Below are positions 25,679 to 38,351 of a stretch of DNA of 64,000 bases, piece by piece. The stretch comes from Mobula hypostoma (lineage: Eukaryota): assembly GCF_963921235.1 (NCBI RefSeq), contig NC_086097.1, positions 87,670,001 through 87,734,000 on the forward strand, written 5' to 3'. Each line of letters starts with the position of its first letter. Within the stretch, counting starts at the first letter, position 1. The notes beneath the pieces are model-generated. The model had not been told where the DNA came from. It worked only from the letters and a program-made list of their open reading frames with translations, and made no database searches. The position numbers and the translations under genes are program-made.

Positions 25679-27311
25679 CCTCCCTTCTACTATGTCTCAA
25701 CCCTTGGAAAATGTCATTTTGAATGATGTATGATAGCATTGAGACAACCTATGGAATTATACATCAGTATCAATCCTTACCTTAGGAAGTGAACGAAGAA
25801 ACTGTATGTTCACAGGACACGGGACGAAAAAGACCATTTTTCTGCACTTTCTTTCAAATACTTTTTGATGTTGTGCTTTATTTTCCACAATGGCAGGAAA
25901 GTGACTGATTGCCATAAATAAGCACTTCACTGTAATTTCAAGAGAAAACTTTGTTCAAACTAATCATAACGTGGGGGGAAAATAATTCGGAATTACTAAT
26001 GTATTATTATTTGTGAGAGGATGAGGTGGAAATTGAGGATCTGTACAGAAACAGTTTGAAGTAACCTTATCTTCTCTTGAACCTGAAGCTGGAAAATGCA
26101 ATGCTTCCTTGGAAGATTGTATATTTTAATTCTTCTTGTGCATTCTTCTGAATCTCTGTTGTCTGGAAGCAAGGATAGTTTATGACTCTTGGAAAACACC
26201 TTTCCACAGGCATTGGGGAGCAGACTGATAGCTGCGATTTGCTGCATCTGTGTCTGGAGTTTTGTTATTTGGAAATCGTATTGCTCCTGACTAACTCATG
26301 ACATAATTTCTTATAGTTCAGAGCAGAGTGATACTGAAAAGACTCCAATCAGAAGTCTGTAATCCTAAATTTCACAGGAAGCCCCAGGAGAAAAATGTGC
26401 ATAATTTTTTTTATGACTAGCCAGATATTTTAAAACAAAAACAATTTGTTAACATCTGTTTGCTACTGTCTTTGTCTGGATTGTGGAGGGGTGGAGTAAA
26501 GGCCTATTGATTTCTCAGAAAACCTTTGTGGGAGGTTGGGTGCACTTAAGAAAACCCAGAGAAGCAGAGGAGATGAAGATGCTTGTATATTACTTCCTGC
26601 ATTATTTTTAACCATTTTTTAAAAAAACTTATTGAATCACGGAAGCTTCATTAACAATCAGGGCAAACACTTCAAAAGTCTTATAATGACCATATATTTA
26701 AAATAATTCTTAAATGATTGTGGTTTAAAACTTCAATATAATAAAGCAAAGGTTATCAAAGGATGAACTTCTATTTCACTTAATAACCTGTTCAGATGAA
26801 AATAGAAATTTTTTCATTGTAATCTACATTGAGAAAAAAAACTAGAAATGCTAAATAAGTTAGGCATCCTCACATGCAGAGAGAAACAGTTAATGTTATC
26901 AAGTCAATGATCTTTCATCACAACTATGAAGAGTTGGAAAATGATCCCTCTGACTCACAAAGCATGCTAATATTTACTTCCTCTATGTATCTTGCTGTTG
27001 CTGTTTCCTTTCAGCTAACACAGATTCTCAATGCCTGATACAGACATAAAGGTCCCTCAGTTGTCTTGACTGTCCTATTCTCATATCTCCTTTAGACTTT
27101 ATTCCACTCTCCCTGCTCTTCCCACTCATGAGTATTTGTTCTGTTGATACTTGTCATACCAGTGTCTTCCTTCTTCCTTATGAATGGTTTCCTCTCCACC
27201 ATAAATAACACGGGTCTCAATTACATCTGTTCCACTTCCTGCATTTCTGTTTATAGCTTTTCTTGTAGCCCCTCTCCTTCTGCCACACTAACAGTGGGAT
27301 TTTCCTTTTAA

Positions 27312-29284
27312 CGTAAGAATATAAGAACATTAGAAATGGGAGCAGTAATACGGCATCTGGCCTGTTGAGCCTGCTCCGCTATTCAATAAGATCATTGCTG
27401 ATCTGGCCATGAACTCATCTCCACCTACCTCCCTTTTCCCATAACCCTTAATTCCCCTTCTATGCAAAAATCCATCCAACCTGACTTGAATATATTTACA
27501 GAGGTAGCCTCCACTGCTTCATTGGGCAGAGAATTCCACAGATACACCACCCTCTGGGAAAAGTAGTTCCTCATCATCTCCATTCTAAGTCTACTCCCCC
27601 GAACCTTAGGGCTATGTCCCCTAGTTCTAGTCTCACCTTCCAGTGGAAACAACTTTCCTGCCTCTGTCTTATCTATCCCTTTTATAATTTTATATGTTTA
27701 TATAAGATCTTCTCTCATTCTTCTGAATTCCAGCGAATACAGTCCCAGGCGACTCAATCTCTCCTCATAGCCTAACTCACTCATCTCTGGAATCAACCTG
27801 GTGAACTGCCTCCAAAGCAGGTATATCCTCCAAGTAAGGAAACCAGAATTGTATGCAGTACTGCAGGTGTAGCCTCACCAGTACCATGTATAGTTGCAGC
27901 ATAACCTCCCTGCTCTTAAATTCAATCCCTCTAGTAATGAAGGTCAACATTCCATTTGCCTTCTTGATAGCCTGCTGCACCTGCAAACCAACCTTTTGTG
28001 ATTCACGCACAAGCAAGTCCCTCTGCATAGCAGCATGCTGCATTTTTTTTTACCATTTAAGTAATAATGTGCTCTTTCATTTTTCCTTCCAAAGTGGATG
28101 ATCTCACATTTAACACCATTGTACTCCATCTGCCAGACCCTTGCCCACTCACTTAACCTACCCATATCTTTCTGCAGACTCTCCATATCTTCTGCACAAT
28201 TTGCTTTTCCAATCAATTTAGTATCATCAGCAAATGCAGCACAGAGCGTCATAGGAAGTCATTCCTGCCTGTGGCTATCAAACTTTACAACTCCTCCCCT
28301 GGAGGGTCAGACACCCTGAGCCAATAGACTGGTCCTGGTCTTATTTCATAATTTACTGGCATAATTTACATATTACTATTTAACTATTTATGGTTCTATT
28401 ACTATTTATTATTTATGGTGCAACTGTAACAAAAACCAATTTCCCCCGGGATCAATAAAGTATGACAATGACTGACTATGAAATTTAGATACACTGCACT
28501 CGGTCCCCTCTTCCAGATTGATAATGTGTATTGTGAATAGTTGTGGGCCCAGCACCAACCCCTGTGGCACACTACTCACCACTGATTGCCAACCAGGGTA
28601 ACACCCATGTATCCCAACTCTCTGCTTTTTATTAGTTAACCAATCCTCTATTAATGCCAGTACATCACCCCCCACTCTATGCATCCTTATCTTATGGATA
28701 TGTCTTTTATGTGGCTCCTTATTGAACATCTTCTGGAAATCCAAGTAAATAGCATCCAACTTTTCCGCTGTATCCACTGCACTCGTTATATCCTCAAAGA
28801 ACTCCAGTAAGTTTGTCAAATAGGACCTTCCTTTGCTGAATCCATGCTGCGCCTGCCTGATGGATCCATTTCTTTCCAGGTGCCTAACTATTTCTTCTTT
28901 AATGATAGCTCCAAGCATTCTTCCAACTACAGATGTTAAACTAGCTGGCCTATAGTTACCTGCCTTTTGCCTACATCCTTTTTTGAACAGTGACATGACA
29001 CTTGCTGTCTTCCAATCTGCTGGGACCTGCCCAGAGTCCAGAGAATTTTGATAAATCATCACCAAAGCCTCTACTATAACTTCTGCCATTTCTTTCAGTA
29101 CCCTGGGATGCATTCCATCAGGACCAGGGGACTTGTCTACCTTCAGGCCCATATGTTTGCTCAGCACTACCTCTTTAGTGATAGCTATTGTTTTGAGGTC
29201 CTCACCTCCCATCATAGCCATAACATCTCTCTTTGGCATGTTATGCATACTCCACCATGAAGACTGGCACAAAATAGTAATTCA
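27312..29284 (-). mobile_element. CR1 LINE (middle-aged subfamily), RT region to 3' end
   Basis: KSPGPDGMHPRVLKE, YRPASLTSVVG, QHGFSKGRS, YLDFQK, VPQGLVLGP, FADDTK; tail (taagaa)n at 27312. Confidence 0.93.
28236..28480 (+). mobile_element. Rex1 3'-end fragment inserted into the CR1 FADD codons
   Basis: STERHRKSFLPVAIKLYNSS plus 3' UTR and aataaagtatgacaatgactgactatg tail; TSD aaat at 28232-28235 and 28481-28484. Confidence 0.9.
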
Positions 29285-29310
29285 AAGCTTGCCTTGCCTT
29301 TCAGCCACTC

Positions 29311-32216
29311 ATAGAACATAGAATAGTACAGCACAGTACAGGCCCTTCGGCCCATAATGTTGTGCCAACCCTCAAACCTTGCCTCCCATATAAGACCCCA
29401 CCTTAGATTCCTCCATATACCTGTCTAGTAGTCTCTTAAACTTCACGAGTGTATCTGCCTCCACCACTGACTCAGGCAGTGCATTCCAGCACCAACCACT
29501 CTCTGAGTAAAAAGCCTTCCTCTAATATCCCCCTTGAACTTCCCACCCCTTACCTTAAAGCCATGTCCTCTTGTATTGAGCAGTGGTGCCCTGGGAAAGA
29601 GGCGCGGGCTATCCACTCTATCTATTCCTCTTATTATCTTGTACACCTCTATCATGTCCCCTCTCATCCTCCTTCTCTCCAAAGAGTAAAGCCCTAGCTC
29701 CCTTAATCTCTGATCATAATGCATACTTTCTAAACCAGGCAGCATCCTGGTAAATCTCCTCTGTGCCCTTTCCAATGCTTCCACATCCTTCCTATAGTGA
29801 GGTGACCAGAACTGGACACAATACTCCAAATGTGGCCTAACCAGAGTTTTATAGAGCTGCATCATTACATCGCGACTCTTAAACTCTATCCCTCGACTTA
29901 TGAAAGCTAACACCCCATAAGCTTTCTTAACTACCCTATCCACCTGTGAGACAACTTTCAGGGATCTGTGGACATGTACCCCGAGATCCCTCTGCTCCTC
30001 CACACTACCAAGTATCCTGCCATTTACTTCGTACTCTGCCTTGGAGTTTGTCCTTCCAAAGTGTACCACCTCACACTTCTCTGGGTTGAACTCCATCTGC
30101 CACTTCTCAGCCCACTTCTGCATCCTGTCGATGTCTCTCTGCAATCTTTGACAATCCTCTACAATATCTACAACACCACCAACCTTTGTGTCGTCTGCAA
30201 ACTTGCCAACCCACCCTTCTACCCCCACATCCAGGTCGTTAATAAAAATCACGAAAAGTAGAGGTCCCAGAACAGATCCTTGTAGGACACCACTAGTCAC
30301 AATCCTCCAATCTGAATGTACTCCCTCCACCACCACCCTCTGCCTTCTGCGGGCAAGCCAATTCTGATTCCACCTGGCCATACTTCCCTGGATCCCATGC
30401 CTTCTAACTTTCTGAATAAGCCTACCGTGTGGAACCTTGTCAAATGCCTTACTAAAATCCATATAGATCACATCCTCTGCACTACCCTCATCTATATGCC
30501 TGGTCACCTCCTCAAAGAACTCTATCAGGCTTGTTAGACACGATCTGCCCTTCACAAAGCCATACTGACTGTCCCTGATCAGACAATGATTCTCTAAATG
30601 CCTACAGATCCTATCTCTAAGAATCTTTTCCAACAGCTTTCCCACCACAGACGTAAGGCTCACTGGTCTATAATTACCCGGACTATCCCTACTACCTTTT
30701 TTGAACAAGGGAACAACATTCACCTCCCTCCAATCCTCCGGTACCATTCCCGTGGACAACATAAAGATCCTAGCCGGAGGCTCAGCAATCTCTTCTCTCG
30801 CCTCGTGGAGCAGCCTGGGGAATATTCCGTCAGGTCCTGGGGACTTACCTGTCCTAATGTATTTTAACAACTCCAACACCTCTTCTCCCTTAATATCAGC
30901 ATGCTCCAGAACATCAACTTCACTCATATTGTCCTCACCACCATCAAGTTCCCTCTCATTGGTGAATACCGAAGAGAAGTATTCATTGAGGACCTCGCTC
31001 ACTTCCACAGCCTCCAGGTACATCTTCCCACCTTTATCTCTAATCGGTCCTACCTTCACTCCTGTCATCCTTCTTTTCTTCACATAATTGAAGAATGCCT
31101 TGGGGTTTTCCTTTCCATTACTCGCCAGGCCTTCTCATGCCTCCTTCTTGCTCTTCTCAGCTCCTTCTTAAGCTCCTTTCTTGCTTCCCTATAATTCCTC
31201 AATAGACCCATCTGATCCTTGCTTCCTAAACCTCATGTATGCTGCCTTCTTCCTCCTGACTAGACTTTCCACTTCACTTGTCACCCATGGTTCCTTCACC
31301 CTACTATTCTTTATCTTCCTCACCGGGACAAATTTATCCCTTACATCCCGTAAGAGATCTCTAAACATCGACCACATGTCCATAGTACATTTCCCTGCAA
31401 AAACATCATCCCAATTCACACCCGCAAGTTCTAGCTTTACAGCCTCATAATTTGCCTTTCCCCAATTAAAAATTTTCCTGTCCTCTTTGATTCTATCCTT
31501 TTCCATGATAATTATAAAGGCCAAGGAGCGGTGGTCACTGTCCCCCAGATGCTCACCCACTGAGAGATCTGTGACCTGACCCAGTTCATTACCTAGTACT
31601 AGATCTAGTATGGCATTCCCCCTGGTCGGCCTATCCACATACTGTGACAGGAATCCATCCTGGACACACTTAACAAATTCTGCCCCATCTAAACCCTTGG
31701 AACTAATCAGGTGCCAATCAATATTAGGGAAGTTAAAGTCACCCATGATACCAACCCTGTTATTTTTGCACCTTTCCAAAATCTGCCTCCCAATCTGCTC
31801 CTCTGTATCTCTGCTGCTACCAGAGGGCCTATAGAATACCCCCAGTAGAGTAACTGCTCCCTTCCTATTCCTGACTTCCACCCATATTGACTCAAAAGAA
31901 GATCCTGCTACATACCCACCCTTTCTGTAGCTGTAATAGTATCCCTGACCAGTAATGCCACCCCTCCTCCCCTTTTTCCGCCCTCTTTATCCCTTTTAAA
32001 GCACTGAAATCCAGGAATATTGAGAATCCATTCCTGCCCTCGTGCCAGCCAAGTCTCTGTCATGCCCACTACATCATAATTCCATGTACGTATCCAAGCT
32101 CTCAGTTCATCACCTTTGTTCCTGATGCTTCTTGCATTGAGATACACACATTTCAGCCCTTCTACCTTACTTCTCTTTCCTCAAAGCCTCTCTGTATGTT
32201 AGATCTGGCTTTACTT
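29311..32216 (-). mobile_element. Young CR1 LINE carrying nearly all of ORF2 (AP endonuclease + RT), frameshifted
   Basis: Endonuclease motifs YLNARS, ETWL, GGGVA, YRP, GDFN, LDLV, SDH; RT motifs PGPDG, YRPVSL, FADD; (catagaa)n tail; candidate TSD cactc at 29306-10 and 32217-21. Confidence 0.96.
29443..32147 (-). pseudogene. CR1 ORF2 endonuclease-reverse transcriptase split into three ORFs (31908-32147, 31189-31881, 29443-31083)
   Basis: ORF track translations form a continuous CR1 ORF2 broken by frameshifts. Confidence 0.93.
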
Positions 32217-32680
32217 CACTCCGTGAAATTTACTAGTCTTTTCTAATTTCTACCACCTTAAAGATGATGCGATTGCCTCACTTGTTGCTGTCTTGTACCC
32301 TTCTGGCATTCCAAATGAGGCCATCCCCTTGCAAGTCCATGATTCACTCTTCCATCTCTGCCATTGTCGTACTCCTTGGGGCATATTCCGATGCAGATGC
32401 AAGGGACGTAGTTAGTGCCTTTTTAACTTTTTTTTTTCCTTTCCACCATTTAGGGATATAATTTCTAATTGTCTTTACTGCATTTGGTGCATGTCATGTA
32501 ATCTCCTCTTAATAGATAACACAGGTTGGATGATCCCTTTGTGCTACAACTATTCAGTCTGCAAGGGTGGCTCTGGCTTACATTTGACATTTACTTCTCC
32601 TGATTTGACCTCTTGCACTGTTCCAACAAAGCCTAACAGAACTGGATACATCTGCCGAGCAGTTATGTTATAGCCCTTAA

Positions 32681-33390
32681 GGCCAATTTATACTTGTACG
32701 TCAAATCGACGCTGTAGGTATGGCGTAGCCGTGTACCTCACGCCATAGCCAGACACACATCTCCCCAAAAATGTAATTACGCATCGTGGCGATGCAGACC
32801 GCAACAACTGTGATTGGTCCGCTTGGTCGCATCGCATTTCCTCCTACGCTGCATTAGCTTCCCATTGGGCGACTGAAGGGCAGGGGAGGAACTCTGGCTG
32901 CCGTGTTTTCCATAAAGCTTTACAGACCTCCGAAATTATGGAGGACCCTGTGCTTGACGCCAGTTTGTAGCTAGCTGCTACATCCTGTTGACTTCCACCT
33001 GAAGCTAAAACTCGAATGGTGATTGCCAGTCTCTGAGTATACTGTGTGTACACTGATGTGAAATAAATGGTTTCAGGCAATGAACCAAATTGTCAAATCT
33101 ACCTGCTGACATCTGAAAATATTTGAAATGCATTTCCTCGTCCATGTCTCTCAGTGGCCGGACAAGAACAGAAAATTCACCCTCCTTCAGTTTCAGTCGC
33201 CATTGTTTGAAGTTTGAGTTTCAACACAAAGAAACTCAACACAGTGGCATAGAAACCCCACCGCCAAATAGCGTTTTGGTGGTGAATTGCAGAGCGATGT
33301 AGACACACCAACGCACAAGTATAAATGCTCACAATGGCGTAGCCCACTCGCGTAGGCTACGGCGTAAGCACGTACAGGTATAAATCAGCC
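32681..33390 (-). mobile_element. Non-autonomous PIF/Harbinger transposon
   Basis: TIRs ggccaatttatacttgtacgt / acgtacaggtataaatcagcc; TTAA on both flanks; transposase remnants [26 protein letters not shown] and [38 protein letters not shown]. Confidence 0.88.
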
Positions 33391-34605
33391 TTAATGATGC
33401 AACTTTGGATTCAATAGTGTCAGCTAACTATCCTTTTCAGCTTGTTCCAGGGCTGGCCAGTTCTGATGAGAAGTCACAAACAGATGCTGCCTGGCCCAGT
33501 GGGTACATCTCACATTCTCTTTCATTTCAGATGTGCAGTATTCCGAAACTTATTTGCAGTATTACTGCTCTCCACTATCCTCCTGTTCATGTTTCAGACA
33601 GGTCAGCTACAGTTAACAAGTCTTCTCTACTTTTTTAACTGGCACCACTGCCATGTGCTTCATTGATTCGTGTCTCATACATGCCTTTTTGTTCTTTTTA
33701 TTCTTGCCATTTTTCAAGATGTTCTTTCTAACTTCATCAAGTGAACAAACAACCTGAACCATTAACTCTTGTTCCTTTTTCCACAGATTCTGCCTGCCCA
33801 GCTAAGTATCTTCAGAATTTTCTCTTTATTTAAATTTACTGCATCTCTTGGGCTTTAATTACTGTGTCACTCGGGATCACTGGGTCTTAATGCTAAAGGC
33901 CATTGTTTTAATCCTACAAGTATAACATGATGGTTCTTAACACTTGTGCCCTGTGGCAATAGTTCTTGAAGAGGTGTGTACATTATTTGATACAAAGGAC
34001 TGTCTATACAACTGTTTTGATGGGAGAAGACAGACAACTGTCTACAATCATTATAATAATTAGTGGAGTTGTGCAGACCCATTGATACCAATGACTCAGA
34101 TTTCTTTTCAGACATTTAGTCAAGAATGTTGTAATCTTGGATCTGTGCTCATTTTACAGTGATTCACTGAAGAGCAAATTTTATTTCGCTGTTTCCTATA
34201 ACTGCTCCCTCATCGATTCCTTTCTCCTTCAGTGGATCTTCATATCTTGTTTTACTGGTTGTACTTGATATCAAAAGACTGCAGAAATGCAGATAAAATA
34301 TAGTTTGATTAACCTAAAGTACTAGTGCAGAAGTTTACTTGTTAGTATCTCTGTTTGATATGTGGGTCAAACACGCAAAGACTTTAGTTGACAGTGACTC
34401 GAACTGCGGTTCGGATTATATTACATTCTTTTTGAGATCCTCTAAATCAGGAAAAAATGATGAATTACCCCACCCACATCATTTCCATCAACAGTACCTC
34501 TGATCTGTAATCACTGCTCATTCTCCACTCTGAAGTTACAACCCAACCGCCTCTTTACCTCAGCCAGCAGGACAACCCTTCCGCAAAAAGTCTTTAAAGG
34601 CTTGG

Positions 34606-34868
34606 AACAGGCCTTTCTGGCCCTTCAAGCCATGCTACCAGCAATTCCCTGATTTAATCCTAGCCTGATCACAGGACAATTTATAATGACCAATTAACCT
34701 ACCAAACAGTAGGTCATTGGACTGTGGGAGGAAACTGAAGCACCTGGAGGAAACACACGTGGTCACAGGTGGAACGTGCAGACTCCTTACAGACAGCAGC
34801 GGGAATTGAACCCAGGTACTGTACCCTATACTGTACAGCATTGTGCTAACCACTACACTACCTTGCCT
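34606..34868 (-). mobile_element. V-SINE (HE1-like)
   Basis: Reverse A box ctaaccactacacta, B box gggaattgaacc, V-domain tgtgggaggaaactgaagcacctggagg. Confidence 0.85.
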
Positions 34869-35740
34869 CTCCTTAGGATACCTTTTTACGTCAGGTTTAT
34901 TCCCATCCTACAAATATGTATAAAATAAAAACAACAGTTGCTGGAAATGTTGGAGTCACGTAAAGTTGGGTTGTGGAAAGAAAGAAAGAAAGTGTTAATA
35001 ATTTATATTAAACACTTCATTAGAACTATAGCAGATTTGTGCCTTCTGTTTGTATTACAAACTGGAATACCCACTGTACACTGATCTCCCTCAGTATCTC
35101 TTTTCAGCTCCCTACAGATCCTCTGGTTTTGTCATCTGTCCTAATATTCCCTTGTATACTTTGGTACCAAGTTTGCCCAAATGTATTATCTGATGGTTTT
35201 TAAAAATGAAATTTATTGTGGTGGTATGATTGGACTTTAGGATATTTTGCACAGGAGGGAATTTATTCCTCTTTAGATGCTTTGACATGTAATTTTCTTT
35301 GATTTAATAAACCTGCTATCAGTGTGTGTGGAAATATTTTTAAAGGAATATTTTGTAGTATGAATATTGAAGTGTTTCTGTTTACCAGTGTAAATGCCTA
35401 TGCTTTGATTCTTCATCTGTGTTACTTGCAAATGGCAGTAGATGTACTAGAGCTGTCTTTGGTGCCTTGAACTACAAAGTGGGGGTGAAGCTTAACTGGA
35501 TCTGCTGCTCTTGGGTTGATGAGAGGTTTCGTGGTCATGTTCAGGCTACGGCGTATGCTACATGCTATTACTCAGTCAGATCATCATGTCTGACACAATC
35601 TTTGGCAGTTTTCAGCAGGCAATAATGTCAGGGTAAACTGAAGCAGAGTTTAATGAATGACATTGATCAATTTCTCTTGTGACTGAATTTTAGTGAGCAT
35701 TTAGTTTGGAATGAGAATACTAAATGTTTACTGCCAACTA

Positions 35741-36067
35741 CGGTAAAGCTCCAGTAATTTGCTGTTGAATTTTTGAGAAATTCCAATGATACGACGTTTA
35801 TCTTGCAGAGTGCTGATTCCCACACTTCACATAACACCCTGGCCTTTAATGCATCTGGGACTTCAGTTCTTGTGTTTCCTTTGAACTTACAAGGAGCTCA
35901 GTTTCTCCTCTGCTTCTAAAATTACCAGGTTTGCTAGAAAATTTATTATACTATTGTGTAACATCTGACGGAAAAGTGTGTTAGAGTATTTAGTTGGAAG
36001 AAAATCCAGTAATCCAAAAGATCTGACAGCATCAAATCCAGAGTGCTGGATAAACAGAGCTCATCTG
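35741..36067. mobile_element. Old Tigger-type MITE
   Basis: TA-flanked degenerate TIRs cggtaaagctccagtaat / ggataaacagagctcatctg. Confidence 0.45.
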
Positions 36068-37709
36068 TAATGGATTTTGCACACAATGTTTTGGAGCAGT
36101 ACTAGCCTCAAAAGAAGCTGCTCGTGAAGAGCTTGAGATCCTTGGGCTGTGGACTCCCATTCTTTTGCATCTGTTGATCCAAGTGTCAGTTATTGGAAAA
36201 CTCTTGTATTCAACACGTCAAGCAGCATATTATATTCAGGTGTCACAGTGTTTACTGATCATTTTAAAAACATAAAGAATGCAAAATAAAGATTTGAAAG
36301 TGTGCATAAATTTAAAATAGCTAAAATATCAAAATATAAAAATGTTTATTACTCAGTTTTAAAATATCAGAATTTTTTTGTATATAATTAGTAGACAACA
36401 ATACAAATGGTTAAGCAATAATTACTGCTTGGCTTACTGTATAAAAATTCACGTCCAATGTTACAAAGCGTAGGCATTTCAAATTATTTTCCTTTGAGAG
36501 CAGTTTGCTAATTAGGTGAAATTAACATCCATGTCCCAAGATCATACATGAGAACTGTTCCAAACAGTTCAATCTATGAAAGGAGAGGAAATTGCCGATG
36601 ACAACTCAAGATTACCATATTTAACTGTTAACTTGCTTTTTAAAGAAAAGTAATTGTCATTTTCGCAATATAATGATAAGCACTGGAAGTTGTGGTAATG
36701 CATATGTATGTTACAGAAAAAATATTATGTGAATTCAATGTTTTGCTTAGAAATGTCACAAGAAGAAATGAGTGATAATTTTAAGTTCTCTGGTTTCTAT
36801 TTTTCACCTTCAGTTCATCCTCTATTCGCACACAGTTGTGTGCCATTCTTGGAGCTAGTAAATGGTGTTCTTGTTCAACATTCCTCCTGCCCCCCCCCCA
36901 CCATAATTTCATTTTATTTTCAGCTGGATAATTGAAAACTGGGAGACATCTGTATTCCAGGAGATGTGAAGACACTGTTGTCCCAGTTGCCGCCTAAGCC
37001 TAACGAAGCACAGTCCAGACATCAGATGTGCGGCCTTCCTGTTTGAGTTAGCTTGGCTTCGTGTTGAAACAAGTACATCTGTCAACTGAATCTTAACAGG
37101 AGCAAAGCTTTGTCTCCGACAGAATAGAGTGCTTGTGTGGACAGGGAGGTTGTGCTGGTCCTTCCCTATTCCTTTTCCCTTTGGACAAATGCTATTTATT
37201 CAAGCTCGTTTTAATACTTTAATGCCATGAAATAGAGCAGGGTATGTCAAAAAGCCACAGGGAGCAATGAGCACTCCTTCCTTCCTGTAATGCTGCAAGA
37301 ATGTTTTACTTGCTTTGTATTATCCCAGAGGAAAATTTAAGTCATTATTTTGAAATGCTGCCATGCGAGCAAGTGGAAGCTGTAATTAGTTTTCACATTC
37401 AATTTAGTCGGCATCCTGTGTTATTCACTAAGATGAAAGAACGGAAACACTACGTTTACTGTTTTCGTGGCTGGAGAAACAACGTGAACTTAACACCGAA
37501 AGCTGGCATCGTAGAGGATGCTTGGCTGCTCTGGCACTACTGTGTGGCAGAGTATACAAAATGCCCGCATTTTATCCTAATCAAATCCTGCACGTTTGGA
37601 TAGAATAGATAAATTTATTATGTTTGTTAATGAACTGTACTTTTAAAACGGAGTACAAAATCATTGTGATTGTCTTGAAATTTTATAATTTGATTCAGCA
37701 AAACCACGT

Positions 37710-37972
37710 GGAGTAGGCCATTCTGGCCCATCAAACCGCACTGCCCCAGCAACTACCAACAGACCCAATTAACCCTAACCTAATCATGGGACAATTTACA
37801 ATGACCAGATAACCTACTTGCTCCATCTGTGGACTGGGTGAGGCAACAGGAGGACCCAGGGAAAACCCACCTATTCCACTGGAGATTCTTCACAGAACAG
37901 CACTGGAATTGAACTCTGAAACACACTGAGCAGTAACAGTGTCATGCTAACTGCTACACTACCATGGCACCC
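37710..37972 (-). mobile_element. V-SINE (HE1-like)
   Basis: Reverse A/B boxes (gctaactgctacactacc, ggaattgaac), gggaaaacccac V-domain, CR1-type tail gagtaggccattctggcccatc. Confidence 0.8.
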
Positions 37973-38351
37973 AATAATAAATACACTGTTGACTGCAACT
38001 AGAGTACACTTTAGGAAGGACGTTAAGGTCCAAGAGAGGGCATAAAAATGACTTACTAGAATAGTTCCAATGATGAGAGTGTTTAGCTACTGGTTATATT
38101 GGAGAAGGCTGTTTATTATTTCTGCTTGCTGCAATAAAGATTAAGAAGAGATTTTATAGGGGTGTACAAGTTTAGTTTAGATAGGTTTCTTTAGCTGATG
38201 GCTGAAGGAGCAGAATACAGGGATTTAAACTAAAAGACAAATGACATGGAGGATATATGAGGAGAAGTTTTTTTTTCTACATAATTGTGATGATATGGAA
38301 TTTTCTGCCAGTAATTGAAGAAGCAGACTCCGAGAATTGCAAAGGTAATAT

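Larger units (their letters stand above)
26830..33830 (+). mobile_element. Ancient PLE fragmented by later insertions (pieces ~26830-27310, 29285-29310, 32217-32676, 33400-33830)
   Basis: Decayed PLE RT-thumb sequence at 27030-27300; GIY-YIG-like NCLYCIWCMSCNLLLID at ~32467-32520; terminal-repeat pieces near 33460 and 33750-33820. Confidence 0.55.

Noticed and set aside
29449..31834. Plus-strand ORFs over the young CR1s (also 52061-53537)
   Set aside because: Antisense frames of CR1 ORF2.
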